From Octopus vulgaris (Eukaryota), in NCBI GenBank assembly GCA_951406725.2, contig OX597822.1, positions 114,390,001-114,454,000 on the forward strand: 64,000 nucleotides of DNA, in the 5' to 3' direction. The translations under genes and the position numbers were made by a program. How positions within the stretch are numbered: the stretch's first letter is position 1; the number at the start of each line of letters is the position of its first letter. The notes beneath the pieces were generated by a model that was given only the letters and a program-made list of their open reading frames with translations, made no database searches and had not been told where the DNA came from. Of the stretch, positions 43,656 to 60,559 are shown in pieces.

Positions 43656-43773
43656 TATAGCACGCCACATTCAGTTGGCAAATATAGTTTACAATTCCGT
43701 ACTGTTACTGTTTATATGTCTCTCAGAAATTTTATATAAGATATGTATGCATTCATGTATGTATGTATGTATG

Positions 43774-43862
<89 letters not shown>

Positions 43863-45365
43863 TTATGTATGTACTTGGTAAAGTGGACACCCTTCGTTTA
43901 ACTCCCTGCAGGACGAAAAGCAAACTATTTCAAAGGCCGGGAGAACACAGGAGAATCAACAGCCATCCAATGGCTGGGAGTGCGATATAACTGCTTTTGT
44001 TGTGACATCTCTCTTTTGTAATACTTATGATGTAGAATAGTTGTTCGTTTGGCAGAAATGTTTTGGCTGTTTGGGGAGGGAGTTGGAATTGCCATGTGTA
44101 AAGGTTCTCTCCTTCTATTTTTCCTCAGACGCAGCCAAAACGCACAGCCTTCGAACGACAAGGCACAGCCTGCGATCGGCAAAACACAAAGTTGAAAATT
44201 TCATGAGAGAACAAAGGTATGAGTCAGGGAAGATGTTAAATCTCTCAAAACCTGCAGCAGGAAGTCTCCTTCGTTAGTATGTCTTTGATTGCGCAAAAGT
44301 GTTTAGATCCCTAACAGGACTAAAAATACTCGTCCCTGCTTCGTTGAGCAAACAAATGTGGCATATTTCGGAATCAAGTTGCAACCATAACATGTGTGTG
44401 TTTGTTTATGTGTCATTGTATGCCTTTCTGTTTGGGTGTATGTGTGTGTTTTTAGAGGACATGAATTACGTATTTAACTTCAATAAGCTCACTTCAGTTT
44501 CTAGTAGTTACAGTGCATGCAGAGATGAGTGCTAGGGAATAAGCTTATAGTTTCTTCGAAGCTTCTAAAACGATATATAAATATGCATATATGTGTTTGC
44601 TTAAGATTGTTTGAATGCGTCTGTGTGTATGCAGTGGGGACCCAAGATCTTTTTTGTTTCGAAAAAATTACTATATTGGTTGGGAATCGCAATTTGTAAC
44701 AAATGGACACATTTTTATGTATTCTATGTTGTAGCAGACCAGAAACATATAAAACAGTTATGCTCTGAAAAACCTTGGTCCCGGAACCTTTTTTTTTTGG
44801 TGTCGGATGGGCCAGAAAGGGTGTTACCCGGGCAACTAGAGCAACACCCCTGCCTCAACCACTGGTATCTATGTAGACGTGTAAGCTTGTTGCATTTATA
44901 TGTGGATGGATGGACGTATGTATGCAGGTAAGCTTGATGTATGTATGTATGTATGTATGTATGTATGTGTGTGTGTATGTATGTATGTATGCATGCATGT
45001 ATGTAAGTATTATGAATGTGTATGCGTGTGTGATTTATTGTGTCACCACTATGCAAAAAGGTAAACAATGCTAATTTCTTTAGAGAGAAAGTTGTGTGAA
45101 ATATTTGGAGAAGAGGATTGTTGACAATTTTAGGACCAAAGCTTTGTTGTTTACTTCACTTGACTTAACATTTAGAACATACTTAAACAACCAGCCACTG
45201 TCTTGTGTGTCCCCACTACTACAATGTATCAGAATATTAATGCAATGTCATCGACGCAGTCCTGCAATGTGGTGGTAAACAATCATCATCATCATCATCA
45301 TCAACCTCAGCTTTATATTATACATACGTATAAGTATATTATACATACATATGTATATGTGGGCG

Positions 45366-45397
<32 letters not shown>

Positions 45398-45540
45398 CAT
45401 ATATACAATATATACATATATACATATAGACATACAGATAGATAGATAAATAGATAGATAGATAAATAAATAAGACACATAAGATAGATAGATTGATAAG
45501 ATACATAGGTAGATAAGATAGGTATATATAAAGATAAGTG

Positions 45541-45603
<63 letters not shown>

Positions 45604-45614
45604 CTATATAGATC

Positions 45615-45683
<69 letters not shown>

Positions 45684-45745
45684 GTAGATAGAGGCTTACA
45701 TACATAGATAGATAGAGTGATAGATAGATAGATAGATATAATATA
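45366..45745. repeat. Compound (TA)n/(GATA)n microsatellite, representative of many (TA)n, (CA)n, (AAT)n, (AGT)n and (GAA)n tracts in the window
   Basis: Directly visible. Confidence 0.95.
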
Positions 45746-46779
45746 TGTGTGTGTCCGTGTAATTATAATAAGGGCTTAGAAATAAATTTTTTAGCTATAT
45801 GCTGAGAAAAAGATATTGATGACGATCGTAACGAATATGATGAGTTGGAGGGGGATTGTGAAGATTATCATGATCAAGATGATGATCATTATAATGATGA
45901 AGATGAGCTATAAATTTTCCAGTGGAGTTGTTAAATGAACAAAACCCACGTGGAATTCCACCTCATATTCTGGTGATGAACGTTTGGAGTATTATAATGT
46001 GAGAACGAAACCTCAGACCCCATGAAGAGTTTACTAAATAGAACCTGAGCAACAATTATAGAAGAGTGCAACCATCTTCTTTATACAGCAGAAATATTTA
46101 CTGGCAACAGTTAAGAAGAATGGGTTTTCATTTCACGAATTTATTTGTCACATAGCGAGACAAATCTACTTTTTCAACATAATCACAGACAGTTCCCCTT
46201 GATACTATTCCTTGTTATTGTAAACGTAGTTTTCTCCCAGACCTACCAGATGCAAGTGAAACGAAAAAAAATGCTTCCTCACTCTAAATGGCATCAACTA
46301 TTCTCTCAAACAACTATTTGTCTGAACTGAAGTCTTTTGATTCCCTACTCAACTTAAGTTCGGTCCCCCAAAATATCCGTTTGAACATTAGAATGAAAAT
46401 TAAGAACTGGGTCTGGTAAGCCTAATGTGGTACAACTAATACCATGCAATCACAATATCAAATCTATTCCCTGTATAAATTGTTAAAGGAAATTTTAAAG
46501 TAGCTTCGTTAAAAGTCTTCAATGAATGTACTTTCAATCAGCTGATACAGTTCTACAGGGTATTTAAGCGCGTCAACTGCATATAGCTATGCATAGCTTC
46601 GCCTCAGTTAAGATTGGCGAATCATCAATACCTGCAGATTCTTCTAGAAATCTCATTCACTTACCATCATAACTACGTAAAGTATATTTTTCTGCTGCTT
46701 TCGATAATGTTTCAAATACTTCACCATTTCGATTCCCAGTTGGTAAATCTTTAAAATTTAAGGCTCCTCGAATATATAA

Positions 46780-47790
46780 TAGTAATGGAGGAAGATAAAA
46801 TCTATCGGGCGGACATAAGAAATCTTGGGTGGCCACAAGAAGGAAAACAACAACAACACGACTCTGCGAACTTAGCTATAGTAAATATAGCCTCATATGC
46901 AGGTAACAATGATGAAATAAAGAGCCTCAAGTGTAACAGTAGGAGATAGGGAAACCAAAAGACCAAAGGGGTTAAACACCTTTTAAAAAATGAAGTAAGA
47001 TTATCTGAATGGCAAGAGAAGGCTTTGCACGGTAGATTTCCAAAGATAATCTCAGAAGAAAATAATAATGAGAAGCTGTGGATTCACAAAGCAAGGCTGA
47101 AAAGGGAAACAAAACTGTTGCTAGTAATAACACAAGGTCTGATATTGAGGACTATTTTGATAAAAGCCAGGATAGAAGAAAATCAGGCAGATTAACAATG
47201 CACGTTTAGTAAATCAAAGGGTAGAGTACTACTCATGATAAGCTGGGTAGAATAATCCAGAGGAAGTTATGTAGATAGCTAGAAATCGACTATACTGATA
47301 AGTGTTATAAATATGAATCTAGTAGAGTGCTAGAAAATAATAAAAAATATAAGACATAGTGGGATTTTATTATTCAGGCCGAGAGATTAATAGAAGCTAC
47401 AAAGCCTCATTTAGAAGTAGTAGCCTAAGAGAAAGGAAAGTGTCAGGTAATTGACTTTACAATCCCAAATGATGAGAGAATCAATATGGAAACTATACAG
47501 AAAATAGCAAAGTACCAGGGTCTAGCCATTCAGTTATAGAGGCTAGGAAATGTGTGGATAAAATGTAACCCTGTAGCTATAAGTGCATTACGAATTATCC
47601 CTAAGGGTTTCACAAAGAAATAGAAAAACTAGGCGTAAAGACTACTTTACTGCAGCTCCAGGAAACCGTGTTATTAGGGACAGCTAGGATACTTAGGAAG
47701 GTTTTTCGCATATAAGGTTACTTGCTGTAGCCCGATGTTAGGAATTTTTCTTATTCCAGTCTAATCTGTTGTGCGTAGAGGAAATAATAA
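46780..47790 (+). mobile_element. Old R4/Dong 3' remnant; its last ~345 bp are duplicated at 29845-30190
   Basis: WQEKALHGRF, CQVIDFTIPND..KIAKYQGLA and ETVLLGTARILRKV motifs. Confidence 0.7.
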
Positions 47791-47934
47791 TCCTTACTTC
47801 TAAATACAAATGGGCTGCTTTTTTCCTAATTTTGGTGGTGGGGACTAGATGATTACATCGACCCCAGTGTTTTACTGGTACATAATTTATCAAACCCGAA
47901 AGGATCAAATGTAAAATCGATTTCGCCGCCTTAA

Positions 47935-48001
<67 letters not shown>

Positions 48002-48845
48002 TACTGGGTTTATTGGGCTTCGTATATTTTACCCGTGTCACTTTGTTGGCATGCACTGCTCTCTCCCTCAATCGTAATAATAACACTTTCTACTACATGC
48101 ACAAGGGCTGAAATTGTGGGTTAGGGTCTCGTCAATTACATCGACCCCTGTACATAGTTGATACTTATTTCATCGACTCCAAAATTATGAAAGGTGAAGC
48201 AATCTCGGCGGAATTAGTAATAATAATCCTTTCTACTATAAGCACAAGGCTTGACATTTGAGGGGAGGGGACTAGTCGATTACATTGACACGGTACCCAA
48301 CTATTACTTAATTTAACGGAGCCGAAAGGGTGAAAGACAAAGTCGACCTAATTGGAAGTAATAATAATAATAATAATGATAGTGATAATCCTTTGTATTA
48401 AAGGTACAAAGCCTGAAATTTCGGGGCTGAGGATATATTAAACAATCAATCGTAATGCAAGGCATCTATTTTCATTGCTACATCAAAATTGTGACATATG
48501 AAAAGAACGGAGTGAGAAAAAATTAGAGACTTACCTGAGAAAAAAGGTAATACTCGGTTGGTCATTTAAAAAAAATATTTACCATGATGGTTTGCGTTCG
48601 CTACTTTTAATAAAAATTGAGAAAGTAAAGTAATGCATTCAAGTTTTTAGCACAGTCAAGCAGGATCTAACTTCTGTCAATCAGGACCTAACTTCTGTAA
48701 ACCAATGAAACTTACGAATCATTTTTATGAGTCGTATACATTTTTAATTGCTTTTCTCAATCGATTTCACCTCTCACCACATCTCTTTTGACACAACACC
48801 TTATATGGTTCTTTTCATGCATACATACATACAGACATAAATACA

Positions 48846-48945
<100 letters not shown>

Positions 48946-48946
48946 G

Positions 48947-48982
<36 letters not shown>

Positions 48983-49862
48983 CACATGTATAAATAAATG
49001 TATGTATGTATGACCATATATCTAGATCTGTGTGCTGGGTATAACTCAAACTGCATCCAGTAGTGGGGTATTTTGTTCGGGAGTTCCAGGGTTTGTGGAA
49101 TCTGGAATCACCTCGTAGCCACTATCGTCCCCCGCGCTACTCTGATCCGGAGTTGTAGCAAATATCAAGGTCCAAATATAAGTTAATTAATATAAGTGAT
49201 AACAATGTATCGGAGCGCGGAAATGCAGAAATAACCTTGGTTGATGTCACGGCATGCAGTAAAACCACTAAAAAGGACGGATCACTTGGTTGCATCAGAG
49301 GTGCCTACTGATGGAAAACCTGCTGTTTGACCTGATTAAAAGTCCTCTCTCTTCGGTCTACCACAAGGTTCTAGTCACAGACACTCAGAGTGGTACTGGT
49401 ATTCTACAGGTGCCTCTCACTATAATTAAATGATGTACAGTTATCTCTTTAAGATGACCACATTCGACATTTCATCTGCTGAAGTTCCTACGGTGATGGA
49501 AGATTGAACGCGCACGCTAGGCTACAACAACTTTCGTCTCTCACTTACCCTTCAAAGAAGGCAGATCGGCAGAGAGACTAAATTTCAACTGAGAGGTCAT
49601 GAATGGAAACACAGAAATGCCATTGACAAACAGGAAGCAAAAGGAAACGGCAACCATCTGCCAAAATGGACCAATCATCTTATGTGTATGTATATGTATA
49701 TGTATATATATATACATATATATATATATATTTAAAATTTCATATGTTTAAAGTTTATGAAAGCTCACCGTGTTTTGTCAGTTATAAATAGTCCATATAA
49801 ATATATGCCCTCGACGGAAAAAAGGTAGTGTTTGCCGTACAAATATATATGTATATATACAT

Positions 49863-49940
<78 letters not shown>

Positions 49941-49944
<4 letters not shown>

Positions 49945-51630
49945 AAAGCAATTAAGATTCAATTGAGTTCTGTTGAATTCACCTGAATGCGGTACTTAAC
50001 TTAGATGCACCAGAAATCTATATGGTGTTAACCATAAGATAATGCGGGGTGATTATCAATAAGAAAAAAGCAACAAGAATGGATCAATATTTCGGCACAA
50101 TTGTTTCGTACGAAGATAGCTTTATTAAGGCTACAAATATTGCAGTAAATATAAGTGACCCGTACTCATCAGCCGAAAAAAACATCTGAGTTCTCCAAAC
50201 ATCTAAGGGGGTGATGTTACACTCCTGAAACATCAGGGATAGTTCTATAAAAATAAGATTTAGATAACAAATGGACTTCTAAAAGTTCTTTTAGTGTTGC
50301 ACAGTCATATAACGGGTTTTTAAAAAAGATATTTTAAAAAACCTCTTAGTTTTCCAGAAAATGAAAATGAAAATGAAGATGTAAATCCATCCATATTGAA
50401 GAAAGTTTGATTTCTGGAGATATGAGGAGAGGTATCATACTCACAGAATATGTATTTATCCATATTTAGTCCATAATAAAGTGTGTTTCCTGATGTGTGA
50501 TGATATTTTGGTTACATTTCTGAGAATTTCTCCAAACTGCTATGTTAGAATTAAATTTGTTGAAGGAGGGTTAGTGAAGCGTAGAGACAGTCTTTCACAT
50601 AGGGTATATTGGGGTAACTGAGAGGGGAAGGGTATGTGAATGTCCAACTACGCAGAATAGTTTGTTTCAGTGGAGACGAACTGACTGATTTAGAAATTTG
50701 CAAGAATCAAAGAGCTTAAAGGAAGAATGCTAATTTAGACCACCTACTGTCGTTAATTGCTATATAAAGAGGATATGGGAAGGTAAAGAGGGGTCAAAGG
50801 TTGTCACTATAGGAAAAAAACATTAACAGATTTCAGTACAATACTCGAACGGAGGTAATTTAATTTATTTCATTATTTATTAATGTTACTATTAATACAT
50901 TGCCAGGCTTTGGGACTACAATAAGGGGTCAAAAGAAAGGATTCAGAGTTATTTTTCATAATGAAAAAACGTTATATTATTTTTATGGGATTAGCAATAT
51001 TTATTAGTAGTATATAAAATAACTATGAAGTCTAATTAACTAATTTGCTATAAGTTGGTTTACTTAAAATAGATTAAAAATTAGATAGAATTAATTTAAA
51101 TTATCTATATAGTCTATTAGAATAAAAATCTATTTGCAACTAATTTATTTCTTTAAGTATCAAACCTGGTACAGTTAGAGAGAAAATAACCATAGCCTAT
51201 GAGATTGTAGCTATCTAATTAAATATATAATATATAATATATAAGAGTATTGCTTTATTAGTATAAGCAGGATAGACAAATCACAAAATGATTTTTATAT
51301 ACGGTTATCATTTAAAATATTTAAGAGTCTTAATCCTAGCGTGGATACAAGAAAGACCTAATTCTATCCGGTTATTCAACAAATTATCATTTCTTCTATG
51401 CATTAGTATTTCAAATGTTTCCATGGAGCAAAGTTGACAACCAACTCTGCTATTTTTATAAGGTATCGCTCTTCTAACTAATTCCCAATCAAGGTTATAC
51501 TTAATATTATTGTTTTTGAATTCCCAGATCTTACTTGAAAGTGTGGTGCTATCAGCTTTATGACGTAATTTGAAAGAAGAGAGATGATTGCTAAGACGTT
51601 TCTTAAAATTTATTGTACATCCTAAATAGG
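49941..51630 (-). mobile_element. Penelope-like element 3' part: GIY-YIG endonuclease C-terminus (51308-51630) plus long 3' UTR ending at (TA)n
   Basis: YLGCTINFKKRLSNHLSSF..TTLSSKIW..W..A.PY...CQLCSME..LLN.R.E..C.H is the PLE GIY-YIG pattern. Hammerhead motif in the terminal region. Confidence 0.85.
50090..50178 (-). ncRNA. Minimal hammerhead ribozyme motif with palindromic stem III and non-canonical GUG triplet
   Basis: UUUCGG-CUGAUGA-GUACG(long loop)CGUAC-GAA-AC-AAUU-GU-G-CCGAAA. Confidence 0.7.
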
Positions 51631-52380
51631 TTCTGGCTGGACCAATTTCCGGAAGAAATACCAAAAAGGATCAGTAAAGAATTCATTGACAGGCTTCTTT
51701 CAGTTTCCGTCTACCAAATCCACTCACAAGGCTTTGGTTGGCCTGAGGCTATAGAAGAAGACACTTGCCCAAGAAAGCTACTTACCACACAACCACTCCT
51801 GCGCCTAATATGTTTATTAATATTTATTTCAATAAATCTCAGTAAATGCCTACGTTTTACTGTTGATTATGAGTGATTAGAGTGATTAATGATTTACCAA
51901 TAGCTCTGGAAGTTTGTAATTAAAAACAACTACACTTAATTGAATATCAGAGTGAGCCTTTATAAAGTAGGAGATTCAATAAGAAAATCTCAACTGAGGG
52001 TTTAGAGACCAACATTAGAGAGGGGACATCAAAAGGGTGGGAAACTTTGATTGATGTATAGATTAGTATTCCTGAGTATCAGTTCTTCTGAACCGTTTCA
52101 AATATTTTCACAGCAATAATGTGTGGATGACAAGTTTTATGTCGTTAATGAGGTTTTGTGTGAATGTAGTATGTTAATTTAGGACACGAGATATCACTTC
52201 CTGTTAGACCTGATGTCACTTTCTGTTCGACCTGCTTTATTCAGGAGGATAAATGACATTGAAATATTTTCAAATATTTCTCCACATCTGATTACATTCT
52301 GGAGAACTGTGATATGGGTAATTAAAATTTAAGATTACTAGTAGTAACCAATAACAAAGAGAGCAGGTGTATATATATAT

Positions 52381-52534
52381 AATATTAGAAAAAATCACCT
52401 TTTATCAATTCAAAATGAATAATTGAATTACACCATCTATTTTAATTTCAACTTTTCTATTATATATAATTTTCTAGATGGTGTAATTTAATTATTCATT
52501 TTGAATTGATAAAAGGTGGTTCTTTTCTAATATT
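52381..52534. repeat. Hairpin with ~58-bp inverted arms between (TA)n tracts
   Basis: aatattagaaaaaatcaccttttatcaattcaaaatgaataattgaattacaccatcta and its reverse complement at 52475-52534, with few mismatches. Confidence 0.85.
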
Positions 52535-52628
52535 TTATATATATTTTATATTGTGTGGAATTCGATTTAGTATTTCTAAATTGATTTCTTTTTCCTTGTA
52601 AGTTTGCTTTTATTCCCTCAAATAATAA

Positions 52629-52704
<76 letters not shown>

Positions 52705-52710
52705 ATATAA

Positions 52711-52806
<96 letters not shown>

Positions 52807-53259
52807 CTATCTTGAAGTTGTGTGTCGTGGTCGAGGCTGGATCTTCGATTCACAACTTGGTTGACATTGGAATTAAGCAGAATATGAGACGAATGTTGAT
52901 TAGAGATGTCTAGAGGTGAAATGACAATGTTTTTGTCGCAGATTTAGCACAAATATATGAAAAACAATACAAAACTAAGAACTAAGAGTAAAACCTATCA
53001 GGTGATAATTAAATGAGATAATTACAGCGTTGTTAGAATTGTTGGATGCCTTAAGAGACAGAGGTTTGGTAAGTTTAGTCTATTCCTTTGTGGGCCTAAA
53101 TATTGAAACATTACTCGCTGTAGAAATTATGAAAATGTTGTCCAAAAGTCTATTGGTCACCGGTTGACGAATACTCCCTCATAACAATAAAATATAGATC
53201 ATAAATAAGGAGAAAGAAACTTTACTACAAAGTCTTAAATTTGGAAATATATTTTTCAG

Positions 53260-53310
53260 TTGGTCGGCATTTATCGAAGAGGGAAGTCCAGATGTTGGCA
53301 GACTCAGTTG
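53260..53310 (+). CDS. Candidate 51-nt phase-1/1 exon (x-GRHLSKREVQMLADSV-G), resembling death-domain helix 1
   Basis: ttggaaatatatttttcAG acceptor, GTAAGT donor, open frame, flanks paralogous to those of 60488 and 62794. Confidence 0.55.
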
Positions 53311-53419
53311 GTAAGTATAAAATAACTAATTATGTTAGTCAACATTACTTCATAAGGCGTATAGGGGTGGTTTCCCGTTTTCTGTGTGAAAAGTCTGGCT
53401 GCATCCGAAAAAATATATA

Positions 53420-53734
53420 TTATGAAACAAAAATAAACACAAAATTTATTGTTTTGGCTGTTATTGTTCTACGAAGAGTTGCATTTTTGTAAATTCGCGC
53501 TGGTATATTGCGGTCTATTTGAAAGACATTGCAAAGATCACTCACTGTTTCATTTGCGACCCCATCTTTAATTTGCTGGTAGCGTAGAAGTATTGCCAGT
53601 TTAACTCTCTCACTAATTTGTTCACCTCGCCTGCGAGCCATCTAAAATTAATAACGATTCTTCTAATTTCACGTGTAAACATGTGTTGAATAGAACTCAC
53701 TGAATAAATCTTAATTAACTGTGTTGTCAATTGT
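53420..53734 (-). mobile_element. Possible DNA-transposon 5' fragment (HTH-like N-terminus)
   Basis: MARRRGEQISERVKLAILLRY...TVSDLCNVFQIDRNIPARIYK resembles transposase HTH starts; sits at the edge of a TE nest. Confidence 0.35.
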
Positions 53735-55075
53735 ATGCACCTGACATATGCTAACGTGAAAATATTCGCTGATGACACTAAGCTCCAGCAAATCGTCAAT
53801 GAAGAAGCAGACCGAACTCAACTCCAGTCTGATCTATATGCTGTGAGTCAATGGGCAGACAGAAACAAAATGCAACTGAATGAGGGAAAATTTGAGCTGA
53901 TGCATTTTGGAAGAAATTCCTCACTAAAACAACCATACTCTCTTCCTTCAGGGGAAACGCTCACAGCCTCTAACAATATCAGAGACCTGGGTGTAATTGT
54001 TGATGACGATCTCAGTTGGAGTGCACACATCAACAAGAAGGTCGATATAGCTCGTAGGATGAGTTCCTGGATCTTAAGAACTTTCCGGTCCAGAGAACAA
54101 GGTGTCATCATACCACTTTTTTCCTCCTTTGTACGGCCACACCTTGAATACTGCTGCCCACTGTGGTCTCCTCACACAAGACAAAACATCTCCAGAATTG
54201 AGTCACCCCAGAGGGCACCCACTAAACAAATTGAAGGCATGGCTGCTCTCGATTATTGGGATCGCCTTAAAGCCTTGAAACTTTACTCCCTCCAGCGTCA
54301 CCGTGAGCGGTACATCATTTGTACGATGTGGAAAATATACCGCCAACTTTGCCCAAACGACCTAAACTTTAGCTTCAAGGTTCATCCAAGACTTGGACCA
54401 CGGGCTATACGTCCCCTGCCCAATTCAAGATCACAACATACATGTACACTGCAACATAATTTCTTTTCCTCAACAGGCCCTGCCCTATTTAACATTGTCC
54501 TGAGGGAGATCAAAGAGGAAAAGGATCCCACCAACTTTAAACAGAGTCTGGATAGATTCCTTCAAAGAATACCAGATAAGCCACCCATAATTGGATACAA
54601 CTCACCCAACAAGAACTCACTACTTGAACAAAACTGGATACAACTCACCCAACAAGAACTCACTACTTGAACAAAGCTTGACTTAAACAAAACTTGACTT
54701 AAACAGGATTCGAATAATCCTATCAGGTGGTGCTATTAAGTTAGACATGGCCTGGACCAATCTTTGGTCGAAACATATCTAAGTTTATATATATATATAT
54801 ATAATTCTTAGGAAATATATATAACTGCTAAAAAGAAGTGCTATGGTCGAATCTGATACAAAAGATAGGAATTAAGATATAAACTGAACTTAGGCAATCA
54901 TATTCATGCATTATAAATTCATGCATTTATAAATTCGAAACTGGATACAACTCACCCAACAAGAACTCACTACTTGAATATAACTTGACTTAAACAGGAT
55001 TCGAATAATCCTATCAGGTGGTGCTATTAAGTTAGACATGGCCTGGACCAATCTCTGGTCGAAACATATCTAAGT
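53735..55075 (+). mobile_element. CR1-like LINE 3' part (RT C-terminus) with duplicated 3' end (54938-55075)
   Basis: IFADDTKL, RDLGVIVD, VRPHLEYCCPLWSP and LYSLQR motifs; the 3' UTR is repeated and followed by (TA)n. Confidence 0.92.
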
Positions 55076-55129
55076 TTTATCTAAGTTTTATATATATATA
55101 ATGTATATATATATATATATGTATGTATG

Positions 55130-58110
<2,981 letters not shown>

Positions 58111-58111
58111 A

Positions 58112-58165
<54 letters not shown>

Positions 58166-58168
<3 letters not shown>

Positions 58169-59345
58169 AATAAAATAGAACATATGCATATATATAAACA
58201 TATATGTACGTACCTACCTCTACATGTACATATACACGCATATATGTGTACAGGACACCAAAAAGACGTCGAACACATAGAGAGACGAAAAACATAGACA
58301 CAAACCAAGGAACAAGACAAGCAAAAAAAGAGATACAGGACAATAAGCACAACGAAAAATCCCCTTCTTCAGTCGCTAAGGTTTCATCTACTAAACGTTT
58401 CGAAGGATAAAAGCGAGACGTATACTTCGAAGAAAACTTCCTTCCTGCGAAAAGCAAATCAATTAAAATTCTGAGATCTTTTCGCAGAGGGGTAAAAAAA
58501 GCAAGACGGTAACGACAGTACAAACATATAAACAGTAAAAAATATATATATAAACAGTGGAAAAATAAATATATAACAGTGAGAGACAGGACAAGGAGAA
58601 CAAGATAAGAAGGGCTGTTAACGCCAGACGAAAAAAGTATTGCAAACGCTGGATTATAGTGGACGACGAGAGAGAAAGAATATCGACCAGTAGCCTTAGA
58701 AGGCGGGCGAGAAAAGACAGGATAGCAGTTACGACGGAAGTATCGTCGCAGATGGACGACGGGAATGGGGGAGGAGGAGCAAGAGGAAGAGAGAGAAGAA
58801 GGGGAATGGTGCGAGGAGACCATGAAGAACAGTGAGGGGGAGAGAGAGAGGAAGAGACAAGTTAAGTGAGGGAAAAAAGACGAAAAAGGGAATGGGAGAG
58901 AAAGAAAGAAAGATGCAGAGTCGCGTGGGAGTTAATATCAAGGCTAACTTGATAAACAGAACAATCTTACTTAATAGGGTGCGTGCGTTTAGTCGTATAA
59001 TATGTTAATAAAATAGAACATATGCATATATATAAACATATATGTACGTACCTATTCTACATGTACATATACACGCATATATGTGTACAGGACACCAAAA
59101 AGACGTCGAACACATAGAGAGACGAAAAACATAGACACAAACCAAGGAACAAGACAAGCAAAAAAAGAGATACAGGACAATAAGCACAACGAAAAATCCC
59201 CTTCTTCAGTCGCTAAGGTTTCATCTACTAAACGTTTCGAAGGATAAAAGCGAGACGTATACTTCGAAGAAAACTTCCTTCCTGCGAAAAGCAAATCAAT
59301 TAAAATTCTGAGATCTTTTCGCAGAGGGGTAAAAAAAGCAAGACG
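58166..59345. repeat. Partial tandem of an 838-bp non-coding repeat (58166-59003 plus 59004-59345)
   Basis: The first ~340 bp are repeated almost exactly; starts at a (TA)n tract. Arrangement resembles Penelope pseudo-LTRs. Confidence 0.85.
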
Positions 59346-59884
59346 AATGACTGATACCACGTTCCATCATTTGTGAGGTTAGATGTAAAGTCATTGTATT
59401 TTAAGATATTACTGAAAATTCATAACATCGAGTCTAGCATGGTTTGTAAAATGGATAAATTAGAAAATACAATAGAGTTGATATTATCTTTTAGAACAGG
59501 GAACTAAAAAATCTTTTGTTTTTCGTGTAAGTTGAAGATGAAGATTTTGTTTCTTTTTCCTCTTAATTTCCTGACTAAGTTTTCCGATAGATTATTCTTG
59601 TTGTTGCTGTTGCTGCTAGTTATCCAGATATTTGTAGCAACATGTTGCCAGCGGCGATCTGGCAGAAACGTTAGCACGCCGGGCGAAATGCTTAGCGGTA
59701 TTTTGTCTGCCGCTACGTTCTGAGTTCAAATTCCTCCGAGGTCGACTTTGCCTTTCATCCTTTCGGGGTCGATTAAATAAGTACCAGTTACGCACTGGGG
59801 TCGATATAATCGACTTAATCCGTTTGTCTGTCCTTGTTTGTCCTCTGTGTGTTTAGCCCATTGTGCGTAGTAAAGAAATAGGTA

Positions 59885-60032
59885 AGTAGTTTGCTTACGA
59901 ACCACATGGTTCCGGGTTCAGTCCCACTGCGTGGCACCTTGGGCAAGTGTCTTCTACTATAGCTTCGGGCCGACCAAAGCCTTGTGAGTGGATTTGGTAG
60001 ACGGAAACGGGAAGAAGCCCGTCGTATATATG

Positions 60033-60069
<37 letters not shown>

Positions 60070-60268
60070 TTGTGTGTCTGTGTTTGTCCACCAACATCGC
60101 TTGACAACCGATGCTGGTGTGTTTATGTCCCCGTAACGTAGCGGTTCGGCAAAAGAGACCGATAGAATAAATACTAGGCTTACAAATAACCTCTGGGGTC
60201 GATTTGCTCAACTAAAGGCGGTGCTGCAGCATGGCCACAGTCAAATAACTGAAACAAGTAAAAGAGTA
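59885..60268. mobile_element. Second SINE-like interspersed family (opposite-orientation copies at about 24790-25280 and 51690-51805)
   Basis: Shared ggttcagtcccactgcgtggcaccttgggcaagtgtcttctactatagc..ttgtgagtggatttggtagacggaaac with an internal (TA)/(TG) tract. Confidence 0.8.
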
Positions 60269-60487
60269 TTATTGATAAAGAGCGAAGATTCAGGAACCTT
60301 TGTCTATTTTGTTGTCAATCTAAATTTGGTGCTGTTAATGTGACCGCGATCGAAAGCATAAAAATGATGACCAAAAGAATATGGGTCACCAGTTGACCAT
60401 TGATGATAGAAATATCTCACAATAATAAAATATACATTATTAATAATAAATACTATTAAATGTAAAACTTGGAAATATTTTTTTCAG

Positions 60488-60559
60488 TGTCTCAAATGTT
60501 TGAGGACAAGGGTGTACAAACTGATCCCTTGTCATTGCAGTCTACATCCCAGCAAGGTG
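60488..60559 (+). CDS. Candidate 72-nt phase-1/1 exon (x-SQMFEDKGVQTDPLSLQSTSQQG-G)
   Basis: ttggaaatatttttttcAG acceptor, GTGAGT donor, open frame. Contains KGVQTD, which resembles an LC8/DYNLL-binding QT motif. Confidence 0.55.

Noticed and set aside
46230-46780. Possible Helitron helicase remnants on the minus strand
   Set aside because: The motif-like words are weak and in the wrong order.
58355-58410. Hammerhead-like words (GAAAC...CUGAAGA) on the minus strand of the 838-bp repeat
   Set aside because: Stems I and III could not be paired convincingly and no clear NUH site was found.
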